DNA of 64,000 bases, from assembly GCA_963717155.1 (NCBI GenBank), contig OY970326.1, forward strand, positions 677,532-741,531, in the 5' to 3' direction. Below the pieces are notes generated by a model. The model made no database searches, had not been told where the DNA came from, and saw nothing but the letters and a program-made list of their open reading frames with translations. The stretch is from an uncultured Actinomycetes bacterium. Lineage in GTDB: Bacteria; Actinomycetota; Thermoleophilia; Gaiellales; JALYLC01. The translations under genes and the position numbers were made by a program. Below, piece by piece: positions 8,439 to 19,511 of the stretch (within the stretch, counting starts at the first letter, position 1; each line of letters starts with the position of its first letter).

Positions 8439-11400
8439 ATGGGAGGGCCAGGAATCGACGACGAGCTCCACGGGCAGGAGATCCAGAGCCGCCTCGACAA
8501 GGTGGCGAAGTCCGATGGTCCGCGTTCGCTGCGTGGAGCGCTCGGCCAGGCGCACGAGCTCGAGCTCGAGGGGCGCCTGCGCGAGGAGCGTCAGAAGATC
8601 CTGCAGCAGCTCGAGGCGATGATGGCCGACCGCGAGCGGGCGCTCGAGGAGCGCGAGCGCGCGGTCACGATCCTGGAGTCCGAGCAGGGCGGCACGGGGG
8701 CGATCGAGGGAGCCGCGCGGACCGTGCAGCTCCAGTCGACGGTGCAGGAGCTGGAGCGCCGGATCGACGAGCTGCAGCTGCAGCTGATGAACGAGCGGAA
8801 GCGGATCGAGATCGCCGAGCGCCTGCTCGTCGACCCGGGGCTGACGAACGACCAGGCGGCGGAGATCGAGCGGCTCGAGGGCCTCCTGAGGGAGCTCGAG
8901 GCCGCGGGCAGCAACGGAGCTGCGGAGGGCGAGGCCGCGCAGCTTCTCGTCCAGCACGAGCTCGAGGTGATGGAGCTGCGCGCCCGTCTCGAGACAACGG
9001 TCGACCGGGAGCTGCTCGAGCTGCGCGAGGGCCAGTGGCAGACGCGCGTCGACGAGCTCGAGGCGGCGCTCGCCGAGGCTCAGGCTGCCGCAGCCACGGG
9101 CGGGGACACCGCCGAGGACGCTGCCAGGACCGCCGAGCTCGAGAGCGAGCTGGAGCGCGCACGCACGGAGATCGCCGATCTCCAAGAGCAGCGCGGCGAC
9201 CTCGACAGACTCCGCGCCGAGCTCGAGACGGAACGCGAGGCAGCGCTGGCTGCAGCGCGCGACGAGGCCGCGGCCGAGCTCGAGTCGCTGCGCGGAGATG
9301 TCGAAGCCGCGCGTGCGGCCGCAGCCGAGTCGGAGGCCGCACACGCGCGTGTGACGGAGCTCGAGGAGTCGCTGGCCGCGGCGCGCAGTGAGGGGTCGGC
9401 GGAGCTCGAGCGCCTGCAGGCCGAGCTGGCCGAGGCGCGTGCGGCGGCCGACGAGTCGGCGGGTGTTGGTGCGCGAGTGGCGGAGCTGGAGGCCGAGCTG
9501 GCCGCGGCGCGCGGTGAGGGGTCGGCGGAGCTCGAGCGCCTGCAGGCCGAGCTGGCCGAGGCGCGTGCGGCGGCCGACGAGTCGGCGGGTGTTGGTGCGC
9601 GGGTGGCGGAGCTGGAGGCCGAGCTGTCTGCGGCACGCGGGGAGGCGTCGGCGGAACTGGAGCGCCTGCACGCGGAGCTGGCCGACGCGCGTGCGGCGGC
9701 GGATGCGTCGGCGGGCGTTGGTGTGCAGGTCGCTGAGCTCGAGGCCGAGCTCGCGGCGAGTCGCGCGGACGGTGCGGCGCAGCTCGAGCGTCTGCAGATG
9801 GAGCTGGCCGAGGCGCGTGCGGCGGCGGACGAGTCGGCAACTGTGGGTGCGCGGGTGGCGGAGCTGGAGGCTGAGCTGGCCGCGGCGCGTGGGGAGGGGT
9901 CGGCGCAGCTCGAGCGCCTGCACGCGGAGCTGGCCGACGCGCGTGCGGCGGCCGATGCGTCGGCGGGCGTTGGTGCGCAGGTCGCTGAGCTCGAAGCCGA
10001 GCTCGTGGCGAGTCGGGCGGACGGTGCCGCGCAGGTCGAGCGCCTGCAGATGGAGCTGGCCGAGGCGCGTGCGGCAGCCGATGCGTCGGCGGGCGTCGGT
10101 GCGCACGTCGCGGAGCTCGAGGCCGAGCTTTCGGCGGCTCGCGCGGAAGGCGCGGCAGAGCTGGAGCGCCTGCACGCCGAGCTGGCCGAGGCGCGTGCGG
10201 CGGCGGATGCGTCGGCGGGTGTCGGTGCGCATGTCGCGGAGCTCGAGGCCGAGCTCGCGGCGGCTCGCGCGGACGCAGGGGCCGAGCTCGAGCGCGTGTC
10301 AGCAGAGCTCACCGAAGCCCGTGCGACGGCCGGCGAGTCGGCGGCCGCGAGCGAGAGGGTCGTCGAGCTCGAGGCCGAGCTCGTACGAGCCGGCGAGCGA
10401 CAGCGCGACGAGATCGAGGCGCTGCGGGCGGCAGAGCAGGCCGCGCGCGTCGAGGCGGATGAGCGCGCCGCGGAGGCAGAGCGCCGGTTCGCCGAGCTCG
10501 AGGCGTCGCAGGCACAGTCGGAGGAGGCGCGCCGACGGGAGCTGGACGATCTGCGCGCGAGCCTCGCGCGCGCCCAGTCGGCAGGTGAGGATGCGGCCCG
10601 TGACCTGGCTGCGCAGCTCGGCGATGCCGAGTCGGCGCTTGCCGAGGCCCGAGCTGAGCTCGAGCGGGCTCGTGACGTCGCCGGTCGCGCAAGCGACGCG
10701 GAGGAGCGGGTCGCCGTGCTCGAGGCCGACTCGGTCGAGCGCGAGCGTCAGCTCGCCGAGGCGAAGACCGCGGTCGAGACCGCACGCGACCAGCTCGCCC
10801 AGGTGGTGCGCGCGCGGGACGATCTGGGCATGCAGGCCGCGCGGGTCGAGGAGCTGGAGTCGGAGCTCGAGCGTGTCCGCGAGGCCGAGGCCGCTGCCCG
10901 CGCCGCCGCCAGCGCGCACGAGGAAGAGCTCTCGCGTGCGGCCACGGAGCTGGCCGAGGCGAGGTCGGCCGTCGACGTGGCGCGCGAAGAGCTTGCGCAG
11001 GTCGAGCGAGCGCGTGACGACCTCGGCGCCGAGGCCGCGCGTGTCGCAGAGCTGGAGTCGGAGCTCGAGCGAGTCCGCGAGGCCGAGGCGGCCGCGCGTG
11101 CCGCCGCGAGCGAGAACGAGGGCGAGCTGTCTCGCGCCGCTGCCGAGCTGGCCGAGGCAAGGTCGGCAGTCGACGCGGCGCGCGAGGAGCTCGAGCAGGT
11201 CGAGCGCTCGCGCGACGATCTCGGCGCACAGGCCGGGCGCGTGGCGGACCTCGAGTCCGAGCTCGAGCGTCTGCGCGAGGCGGAGAGCGCCGTTCGCGCC
11301 ACCGCCAGCCTCCGCGATGCGGAGCTCGAGCGCCTGTCGACGCAGCTCGCCGACCGCGAGCGCGCGCTGGTCGATGTCCGCGGCGAGACCTCGAGCCTGC

Positions 11401-13115
11401 GCGAGCTGTCGGAAACCGCCGCCGCGCGAGCCGTGGAAGCGGAGGCGCGCGAGGCGAAGCTGCAGGACGAGCTGGCCGCACGCCAGATCGCACTCGACGC
11501 GGCAGTCGAGCTGACCGCCTCGGCAAGCGCCGAACAGGAGCGGCATGCCGCCGAGCTGCAGGGCCGGGACGAGGAGATCGCACGGCTCGCCGAGGCCGCG
11601 GAGGAAGCCCGGACCGCGGCCGCCGAGGCGCAGGCGGCACTCTCCGAGGCACGCGCGAGCGACGGCGAGGTCGAGCGCCTCGAGGCGCTGGTCGCAGCAC
11701 GGGACGCAGAGCTCGAGCGTCGCCGGGCGGCGGAGCGTGCGCGCGGCGAGACCTTCGATCGGCTGCAGGAGCAGATGCGGCAGCGCGAGGCCGAGCTGGC
11801 CGACGCGCGCGCAGCGAACCGTCGCGCGGAGGCCGACGTGCGCGCTGCGCACGAGGAGCTCGAGACCGAGCGCGAGGCGCTCGCGCGCGTCGAGCTCGAG
11901 CGACAGGACCTCGAGCGGCGCGCCGCCGATGCAGTGTCGCGCGAGCCCGAGCTCGAGCGGCGGGAGAAGGAGCTTGCCGAGCGGGAGGCGGCGATCGCCG
12001 AGCGCGTCGCTACGGCCGACGCGGAGCGTGCGCGCGCCGAGGAGCTTGTCGCGCAGGCCGACGAACGCGGCAACGACATCGCCGCACGTGAGGCTGCGCT
12101 GACCGAGACCGAGTCCGGTCTGTCCGAGCGCGAGTCGGGTCTCTCCGCGCGCGAGTCGGAGCTGTCCGAGCGCGAGAAGCAGGTCGCGGCGGCCGAGGAG
12201 CGCGAGGCGGCACTCGCCGCACGCGAGCTCGCGCACAAGGAGGCTGCGGACGCAGTCGAGGGCACGCGCGCCGATCTTGCCAGGCGCGAGCGCGAGCTCG
12301 TGCGACGCGAGACGACGGTCTCGGCCCGCTCCGACGCCGCCGAGTCGGCAGAACGGACGCTGGACGAGAGCCGGACAGCGGTCGACGCGTCGCTCGCAGA
12401 GGCCAAGGGCCAGGCTGCCGAGCTCGACCGGCGGCGCGCAGAGCTCGAGCCAGCGCGAGCGCGCGAACGAGGTAGCGCCGGCCGAGCTCGACGCGGCGGA
12501 GGAGGCCGTGCAGTAGCCGCGCCGAGCGCGCCCAGCACGCGAACGTCCGTCTGAGCGAGGTCGAGGGACGCGAGGGCGAGCTCGGCATCCGTCGCCGAGG
12601 CGCTGCGCCGTCGCGGCGAGTCGCTCGTGCAGCTCGAGGAGGAGCTCACCGAGCGCGACCGGCGGCTCGAGCGCCTCGCGTCCGAGCTCGAGCGCCGGGC
12701 CTACGACGTCACGCGGCGCGAGACCGAGGCCGCGCTCGCGCCTGGAGGAGGTGCGTCCCGCGCTCCGCGATGCAGCGTCGAGATCGACACGGACGACGAC
12801 GGCGACGGCGGGGTGACCGCCTGGCTCGAGCGACGCCGCACGCGGCTCGCCCAGCTGGATGCGCGTCAGGGCGAGATCGAGCGCCGCGAGACACGACGCC
12901 CAGCCACCTGGAGGATCGCCTCGCGAACCTCGAGTCGTCGCTCGTGCGCAAGGAGGCCGACCTCTCGGCGTTCGCCGAGCTCCTGCAGCAGTCGCTCTCG
13001 CGGATGGAGAACGGTGGCGGGAACGAGTCCGGCGAGCCGCTCGATCCCGAGCGACCAGGATCCGACGCAGCGGCTGCGGTTCTGGACGCGCGACAGCTCC
13101 AACGGCGGCCCGTAG
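8439..13115 (+). CDS. Giant alanine/glutamate/arginine-rich coiled-coil protein (about 1,550 aa; intact to about 12450, then 3-4 frame switches)
   Basis: The 1371-aa ORF is almost entirely heptad-like A/E/L/R sequence with internal repeats and no signal peptide. The same style of sequence continues in other + frames (VQLEEELTERDRRLERLASELERRAYDV..., ...LEDRLANLESSLVRKEADLSAFAELLQQS...) up to about 13115. The end is uncertain. Confidence 0.75.
9270..10403 (+). repeat. In-frame tandem repeat, period 126 bp (42 aa), about 9 units
   Basis: Unit SAELERLQAELAEARAAADESAGVGARVAELEAELAAARGEG. The offset between copies was measured at 126 nt (e.g. 9403 versus 9529). Units 1 and 2 differ at 1 nt over their first ~105 nt. 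The outer units are degenerate. Confidence 0.9.
10806..11400 (+). repeat. In-frame tandem repeat, period 198 bp (66 aa), 3 units
   Basis: Unit RARDDLG.QAARV.ELESELERVREAEAAARAAAS..E.ELSRAA.ELAEARSAVD.AREEL.QVE. The string GCTGGAGTCGGAGCTCGAGCG recurs at 10853 and 11051, and a related copy lies about 198 nt further on. Confidence 0.85.
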
Positions 13116-13144
13116 AGCCGCTCCAACGCGCTAGCATCGCGCAT

Positions 13145-14428
13145 GTGATCTGGGATCGCGCCGCCGAGTCCGCCGATCGCGCAGCGCTCGACCAGCTCCA
13201 GCTCGAGCGCCTTCGCGCCGTCGTCGCGCGCTGCGCCGAGCGCGTGCCCTTCTATCGCCGCACGCTGCCCGGACGCATCGAGGGCGGTCTCGGGCACGAT
13301 CGCCGACATCGTCGAGCTGCCGTTCACGACGAAGGACGATCTCCGCGAGGCGTACCCGTTCGGCATGCTCGCCGTCGATCGCTCCGAGCTCGTGCGCGTG
13401 CACGCCTCATCCGGCACGCGGGGCAAGCCGACCCTCGTCGGATACACGAGCGCCGACATCGAGGTCTGGGCCGAGATGTGCGCTCGCGCGCTCGTCTCGG
13501 CCGGTGCGGTGCGCGGCGACGTCGTGCACAACGCCTACGGGTACGGGCTGTTCACCGGAGGGCTCGGCCTGCACTACGGCGCCGAGCGCATGGGCGCGAT
13601 GGTCGTGCCCGCGTCGGGCGGCAACACCCCGCGCCAGGTGCTGCTGATCGCCGATCTCTCCGCTCGCATCCTCTGCTGCACTCCGTCCTACGCGCTGCAC
13701 ATCGCCGACACGATCGCGGAGGCCGGGCATCGACCCGCGCGAGCACGCCCTGGCGTACGGCCTGTTCGGCGCCGAGCCCTGGTCGATCGCGATGCGCGAC
13801 GAGATCGAGCGGCGGCTCGGCCTGCGCGCGCTCGACATCTACGGGCTCTCCGAGATGATGGGTCCCGGCGTCGCCAGTGAGTGCACCGAGCAGGCGGGCG
13901 CCCACGTCTGCGAGGACCACTTCGTCGTCGAGGTCGTCGAACCCGGACACGGGCGCGCGTGCTGCCGGACGGACGTCGAGGGCGAGCTCGTGTTCACGAG
14001 CCTGACGCGGGAGGCGATGCCGCTCCTGCGCTACCGCACGGGCGATCTCGCCTCGCTCTCCCGCGCGCCGTGCGCGTGCGGCAGGACGCTTGCGCGGATC
14101 AGCCGGATCAAGGGCCGTACCGACGACATGCTGGTCGTGCGCGGCGTCAACGTCTTCCCGTCCGAGGTCGAGTCGACGCTGCTCTCGGTTCCGGGGCTGG
14201 CGCCGCACTACCAGCTGCGCCTGCAGCGCCCGAACGCGCTCGACGTCCTCGATCGTCGAGGTCGAGGCGGACGGATCGGGGTTCGACCGCGGCGCGCTCG
14301 AGGCCGAGGTCGCGCGGCGGCTCGATCGAGCGCTGGGCCTCGTCTGCCAGGTGCGCGTGCTCGACGAGCGCGAGATCCCCGATCGCAGGGCAAGGCGCTG
14401 CGCGTCGCTCGACGAGCGCACGGTCTGA
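13145..14428 (+). CDS. paaK: Phenylacetate-CoA ligase (frameshifted about 4 times)
   Basis: LQLERLRAVVARCAERVPFYRR, VHASSGTRGKPTLVGYT, HNAYGYGLFTGGLGLHYGAERMGAMVVPASGGNT, CCTPSYALHIAD, ALDIYGLSEMMGPGVASEC, PCACGRT...RIKGRTDDMLVVRGVNVFPSEVES. These motifs are spread over three + frames. Confidence 0.85.
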
Positions 14429-14648
14429 GTCCTGGTCGTCGTCAGCTTGCGGCGGGCCGCAGCGCGAGCAGCGTGCCTCGCACACGGCGCGCTCGTCGCG
14501 CCAGGAGGCGACGGAGACGGCCGGGCGGTGGCGGCCGAGCAGATGCAGAGGATTCGAAGCATTTGCTCGTCTCTATCGGCACGAACTCTCGCAGCTGTAG
14601 ACCTGCAGCTTCCCCGTCTCGTCGGAACGCACCTCGTATCCTCCGCCG

Positions 14649-15428
14649 GTGCGCGTCGCAGTGATCACCGGGAGGGTCGAGCGGGATCGGCCTCGAGGTG
14701 GCCCGCCTGCTCGCGCGGCGCGGCGGCTGGAGGCTGGTGCTCGCGGCGCGCGACCGCAGAGCTCTGCGACGCGGCGGCGGCCCCTGGCGCGCCGGCCCGT
14801 CCCGTGCGACGTCCGCGCGATGCGGACGTGGCGGAGCTGGCCCGGGCGCCGCCGGCGCTCGGCGGATGCGATCTGCTCGTCCAGTGCGCCGGCGGAGCGT
14901 GGGGCAAACGCTCGCCGCGGCCGACGGTCGACGACTATCGCTCGGCGCTCGAGCTGAACTACATCGGGCTGATCCGCGTGTTCACGGCGCTCTGGCCGCA
15001 GCTCGTGGAGCGCGCGGGCGCATCGTCAACGTCGTCTCGGTTGCCGGCACGTGCCGCTCGAGCGTCGACGCCTACAGCTGCTCCAAGCATGCGGCGCTCG
15101 CCTGGTCGCGCGCCCTCGTCTCCGCGGCGCGCGCTCACGGCGTCACGGTGACCACCGCGAACCCCGGGCCGGTGCCGACGCCGGGGTTTCCGCAGTCGGG
15201 GATCGTCGGCCACCGGGTCGGCGCGTCGCTGCTCCTGATCGACGCCGCGCGCTGTGCGGAGGGATCATGCACGCCGCCGATCGCGGTCGTTCCGAGGTGT
15301 TCCTGCCTGCGCGCTACCGCCTGCCGGCGGCGATCCAGGGGCTGGCGCCGGGACTTCGTGGCGCGGGTGCTCGCAAGCCCGTTCGGGCTACGGCTCGCGT
15401 CGGCGCGGGGTGGAGCGCGCCCGCATGA
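14649..15428 (+). CDS. Short-chain dehydrogenase/reductase (frameshifted)
   Basis: VAVITG..S.IGLEVARLLARRGGWRLVLAARD (Rossmann TGxxxGIG, split by a frame switch) and IVNVVSVAG...YSCSKHAALAWSRAL (YxxxK). The stop overlaps the next start (ATGA at 15425-15428). Confidence 0.7.
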
Positions 15429-16184
15429 CCGGCGGCGCCCGGTTGCGCTCGTCACCGGGGGCTCGTCGGGCATCGGCCTCGCGCTCGCCGAGCGTCTCGC
15501 CGGCCGGGGGATGACCGTGCTGCTCGCGGCCCGGGGGCGAGCGCCCGGCTGCAGGCGGCGGTCGAGCGCGTGCCCGGAGTCGAGTGCCGATGGTGGCGGA
15601 CATCGCCGGGCCGTCCGACCGCGACCTGCTCGTCGAGGCGGTACGGCGGCACTGGCGGCTCGATCTGCTCGTCAACAACGCCGGAGCGGCGGGGGCGCGA
15701 CGGCCATCGACATCGACATGGCGCGCGCCTCACGCGTGCTCGAGATCAACTTCCTCGCCCACGTCGGGCTGACCCGTGCGCTCTGGGACGATCTGCGTCG
15801 CGACCCGCGGGCGCGTCGTGAACGTGTCGTCGGCCTCGGGACGTACGTGCATCCGCGGTCTGCGGCCTATGCGGCGTCGAAGCACGCTCTCACAGGCTGG
15901 TCGCGCGCGCTGCGGATCAAGGGGCTGCGCGAGGGGGTCCACGTGCTGACCCTCAACCCGGGCCCGGTCGTCACCGCGCAGTTCACGCACGAGGGATGGC
16001 AGGCGGCGATTCGCCCGCTACCTGCTGATCGACGCGCGATCGCTGCGCCGACGATGCGCTTGACGCGCGCTCGATCGCGGACGAGCCGAGATCTGGAGCC
16101 ATCCCGCCTATCGCCTGATCGCCATCGCGCAGTCGATCGCGCCCGGGTTCTTCGCGCGATGCCTCGCGACCGCGAACCCTGTAG
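15425..16184 (+). CDS. Short-chain dehydrogenase/reductase, second tandem copy (frameshifted; 3' end uncertain)
   Basis: VALVTGGSSGIGLALAERLAGRGMTVLLAARG and SAAYAASKHALTGWSRALRIKGLREGVHVLTLNPGPV. Confidence 0.7.
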
Positions 16185-17429
16185 CTACGCGAACAGGCCG
16201 CTGCCGACGAAGCTGCCGGGTTGCGGGCGCCGGGCGGGACCGCGAACAGCGCGCTCGTCGTGTGCTGGATGTACTCGTTGAGCGAGTCCTCGTGCCCGAG
16301 GCTGCGCTGCAGCGTCGCGAACTGCTTGTGCGGGATCTCGCTGGAAGGCGAGGAAGAACAGCCCGGCGTCGAGCTCGCTCGTCGACGGGTCGACCCCGTC
16401 CGCGAACGAGTAGCCGCGGCGCAGCAGGCGGAGCCGTGGTTCTCCGACGGAGCGGCAAGCCGGACGTGGGCGGCGACGTCGATCACCGGCGTCGCCGTCC
16501 TCGCGGCGCGCCTCGAGGTCGACGACGTCGTGCTCGTGCGTGCCCGTGAGCGGCGCGCCCGAGTCCTTGAAGCGTCCGATCACCCGCTCCTGATCGTCGA
16601 GCGAGTCGCGGTCCCATGCCTCGATCCGCATGCGGATGCGCCGCGCGACCAGGTAGGTGCCGTCGCGGAACCAGCGCTGCGGCTCCTCGCTCCCGACCCA
16701 TACGTAGCGCTTCATCTGGGCCTCGTCGTCGCCGCGGAGGTTGTTCGTACCGTCCTTGAAGCCCATCAGGTTGCGCAGCGTGACCTGGCTCGACGTGGTC
16801 GACGACGTGCGGCCGAAGCCGATCTGCGTCCAGCGAACCACGACCGCCCCGCGGCCGATCCGCGCCATCGTGCGCAGGGCATGGAACGCGACGACCGGAT
16901 CGGCGGCGCAGGCCTGGACGCAGAGGTCGCCGTCCGACCGCGAGAGGTCGAGCACCTCGCCGGGCAGCGGGCCGAGCGGCGTGAGGGCGCGCGGACGGCG
17001 GGCACGCAGGCCGAGCCGGTCGGCGCCGTCCTTCTCGAAGACGGACGGCCCGATACCGAACGTGATCGTCAGGTCGGATGCCGGGAGCCCGCGAGCCTCG
17101 CCCGTGTCGGCCGGTGGCAGCGCTGGGGGCTCGGTCTCGGGACCGAGCAGCTTGCCCTGGGCGAGCACGGCGGCGGCGTCGCTCCACGTGCGCAGCAGGT
17201 CGCGCAGCTCCGCGGCCGTGGTCAGCGTGAGGTCGAACGACGCGAACGCCAGGCGGTCCTGCGCCGGTGTCGTGATACCTGCCTGATGCGTGCCGTGGAA
17301 CGGCACGGCGCCCGTCATCGCGTCGTCGGACTCGCTCGAGCCGAGCGCGTAGCCGGCTCCACCGCCGAGAAGCAGGCCGATTGCGCTTCCGCCCGATACC
17401 TCGAGCAGCCGCCGGCGGGAGACGTTCAG
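16185..17429 (-). CDS. efeB: Dye-decolorizing (DyP-type) peroxidase EfeB with Tat signal (3-4 frameshifts in the 3' third; start codon unclear)
   Basis: NVSRRRLLEVSGGSAIGLLLGGG is a twin-arginine signal. AVPFHGTHQAGITTP, LMGFKDGTNNL (GxxDG), LLRRGYSF, LDAGLFFLAFQRDP and LNEYIQHTTSALFAVPPG are in alternate frames. Downstream of efeO. Confidence 0.85.
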   Translation of the reverse strand: MNVSRRRLLEVSGGSAIGLLLGGGAGYALGSSESDDAMTGAVPFHGTHQAGITTPAQDRLAFASFDLTLTTAAELRDLLRTWSDAAAVLAQGKLLGPETEPPALPPADTGEARGLPASDLTITFGIGPSVFEKDGADRLGLRARRPRALTPLGPLPGEVLDLSRSDGDLCVQACAADPVVAFHALRTMARIGRGAVVVRWTQIGFGRTSSTTSSQVTLRNLMGFKDGTNNLRGDDEAQMKRYVWVGSEEPQRWFRDGTYLVARRIRMRIEAWDRDSLDDQERVIGRFKDSGAPLTGTHEHDVVDLEARREDGDAGDRRRRPRPACRSVGEPRLRLLRRGYSFADGVDPSTSELDAGLFFLAFQRDPAQAVRDAAAQPRARGLAQRVHPAHDERAVRGPARRPQPGSFVGSGLFA

Positions 17430-18578
17430 CCGATGACCTTTGCCGCGACGGTCGAGAGCGGCTCTGCGAGCGCGTCGACCGCCTGGGCGAGCGACTTTCG
17501 ATCCTTCGCAGTCAGCTCGCCGTACAGCGCCCAGCCGAGCGGCGTCGTGCGCTTGTACGGAGCCAGGCCCTTCTCGACCGCGGCGAAGCGCGCGTCGAGC
17601 GTCTTGGCGAGCGCTCCGTCGCCTCGCCTGACGAGCGCCGGGCGGAGCAGCACGAACGCCTCGTGCGCGCCGGCGACGTTGGCCTCGAAGTCGGAGAGGT
17701 CGGTGTGCGAGTAGCGGTCCTCCTCGCCCGTGATCTTCGAACCGGCCACCTCGTTCAGGAGCTCGACTGCGCCGTTCGCGAGCTGGGCCGGCTGGTACGT
17801 CAGCGTCCTGACCTGCGTGTCGAGCGTCGTCACGTCCCGGAGCAGCCGCTTCGCGTACGGCGCGGTCCCCTTCGTCTTGCCCTGCTCCCAGAGGATCCGC
17901 TCGATGCGATGGAACCCGGTCCAGCTGTCGACGTTTGCGACATCGTTGATGCGTGCGTCGATCGCCGGGTCGAGGTCGCCGAAGCTCTCGGCGACCGGCT
18001 CGATGCTCTCGTAGTACGCGCGAACCGGTCCGAACTGGTTCTTCGCCGCCGCGAGGTCGCCGCGATCCAGCGCGGCGACGAACGTCTTCGTGCCCGCGAG
18101 CAGCTTCGTGGACTGGCTCACGACGTAGTCGTGGTAGCCGGCCGTCGCGCGCGCGAGAGCCGCCGCCGACACCGTGGCGGACGCACGCCGAGCGCTTGCC
18201 GGTCGCCGTGAGCACGCCGACATCGTGCGGGTCTCCGTTCGGGCAGCTCAGCACGTACGTGCCCGGTTGGATCGTCAGGCTGAACGAGCCGTCGATCCCC
18301 TCGACGATGTTCTCCCGCTCGCCCAGGATGATGCCCTTGTCGTTCTTGAGCTCGAACTCCGTGACCTTCGACGAGCCCTCGTTCGAGACGTTGAACGTCA
18401 CGGGTCCCGCCGGGATCGAGACCGTGGCCGGCGAACATCCCTTGTCGCTCAGCTTCATCGCGACGGTCGTCGCGCCTGGCGACGCCTTCGACGAGCTGCC
18501 GCCGCAGCCGGAGGCTGTGATCACGACGAGCGCAACGACAACCGCCGCGGCGCCTGGTCGACTCCACGATCCCGACAC
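17426..18578 (-). CDS. efeO: Iron uptake component EfeO (cupredoxin + M75-like domain; one frameshift near 18190)
   Basis: Lipoprotein-like signal ...VVITASGC. Cupredoxin-like SIPAGPVTFNVSNEGSSKVTEFEL...GTYVLSCPNG, then FGPVRAYYESIEPVAESFGDLDPAIDAR...WTGFHRIERILW (HxxE). Confidence 0.85.
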
Positions 18579-18602
18579 TCCGTCTCCCCGACGTGCTTGC
18601 TG

Positions 18603-19468
18603 TTAGGTGGTGACGCGCGAGCCGGCGCTGACGGGCGCCGGCGCGCGGAACGTGGCTCGCCGCCTCCAGCGGTCGGGCCACAACACGTACACCAGCATCG
18701 GCGTGGCGTAGAGAAGCCAGCCGAATACCTCGCCCACCGTCGGCTGGGGCTGCACGCCGAGCACGCCGGTGACGAGCGAGCTCGTCACGGTTCCCGGCCG
18801 TACGAGCCACGAGAGGTCCAATGCCTGTGCCTGCAGGCCGTTCAGCCAGGTCGCCTCGTGGGCGGTATGGATCGCCGTCGCGACGAGTCCGGCCGCGACG
18901 AGCACCAGGACTGCTGCGGTCACGCGGAAGAAGCGCGCGAGATCGAGCCGGACGCCGCCGCGGTAGATGCCCCAGCCGATGGCGACCGCAACGAGCACGC
19001 CGAGAACCGCGCCCGAGCCGGCAGCGGTCGAGTCGCCGGAGGCCTGGAACGCGGCGAGCATGAAGACCGCGGTCTCGAGTCCCTCGCGCAGCACCGCGAA
19101 GAAGGCCATCGCGACGAGCGCCAGGCGGAGCCCTCGGCGAGGGCGTGGCCCGCGTTCGCCCGCAGCGCGCTGGCGAAGCCGCGTGCATGCCGTCTCATCC
19201 AGATGATCATGAACGTGACCATGCCGACCGCGATCGTCGCGACGACCGTCTCGAGACTCTTCCTGCTGACTGCTGCGGCAGGGACTGGTCGAGGATCTGC
19301 AGGCCGATCGCGACGCCGATGCACAGCGCGAGCGGCAAGCAGGACACCGGCCCACACGGCCCGAAGCGCATCCCGTCGTCCTTGCTGGCGCAGGAACGCG
19401 GCGACGATCCCTACGATCAGCGACGCCTCGACTCCTTCTCGCAACCCGATCACGAACGTCGGCAGCAC
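18603..19468 (-). CDS. efeU: FTR1-family ferrous iron permease EfeU (frameshifted)
   Basis: MLPTFVIGLREGVEASLIVGIVAAFL and FFAVLREGLETAVFMLAAF are the two REGxE motifs. Multiple TM segments. First gene of the efeUOB order on the minus strand. Confidence 0.85.
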
Positions 19469-19482
19469 GAATCATTCCTTGA

Positions 19483-19511
19483 TAGGACACCCTAACGTTA
19501 GGGAACCCTAA
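19483..19511. promoter_or_regulatory. Overlapping palindromes CCCTAACGTTAGGG / TTAGGGAACCCTAA; candidate iron-responsive (IdeR/DtxR-like) operator
   Basis: Read directly: ATAGGACACCCTAACGTTAGGGAACCCTAAG, in the 47-bp divergent region between efeU (19468) and the propeller gene (19516). The 19-mer ATAGGACACCCTAACGTTA matches about 12/19 positions of the IdeR consensus TTAGGTTAGGCTAACCTAA as I recall it. Confidence 0.4.

Noticed and set aside
9270-10403. Regularly spaced 126-bp repeats as a possible CRISPR-like array
   Set aside because: The units are contiguous with no unique spacers, are much longer than CRISPR repeats, and are in frame within a coding sequence. No cas genes are present.
8301-12649. 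Four very long minus-strand ORFs (8301-10232, 9080-10312, 10299-12236, 10748-12649; 390-645 aa) opposite the coiled-coil gene
   Set aside because: Their products are Arg/Ser/Pro/Ala low-complexity strings. These mirror the GC-rich, stop-poor complement of an A/E/L/R repeat gene. The + strand has heptad periodicity, a coherent 1371-aa frame and repeat units in frame. The minus-strand ORFs are composition artefacts.
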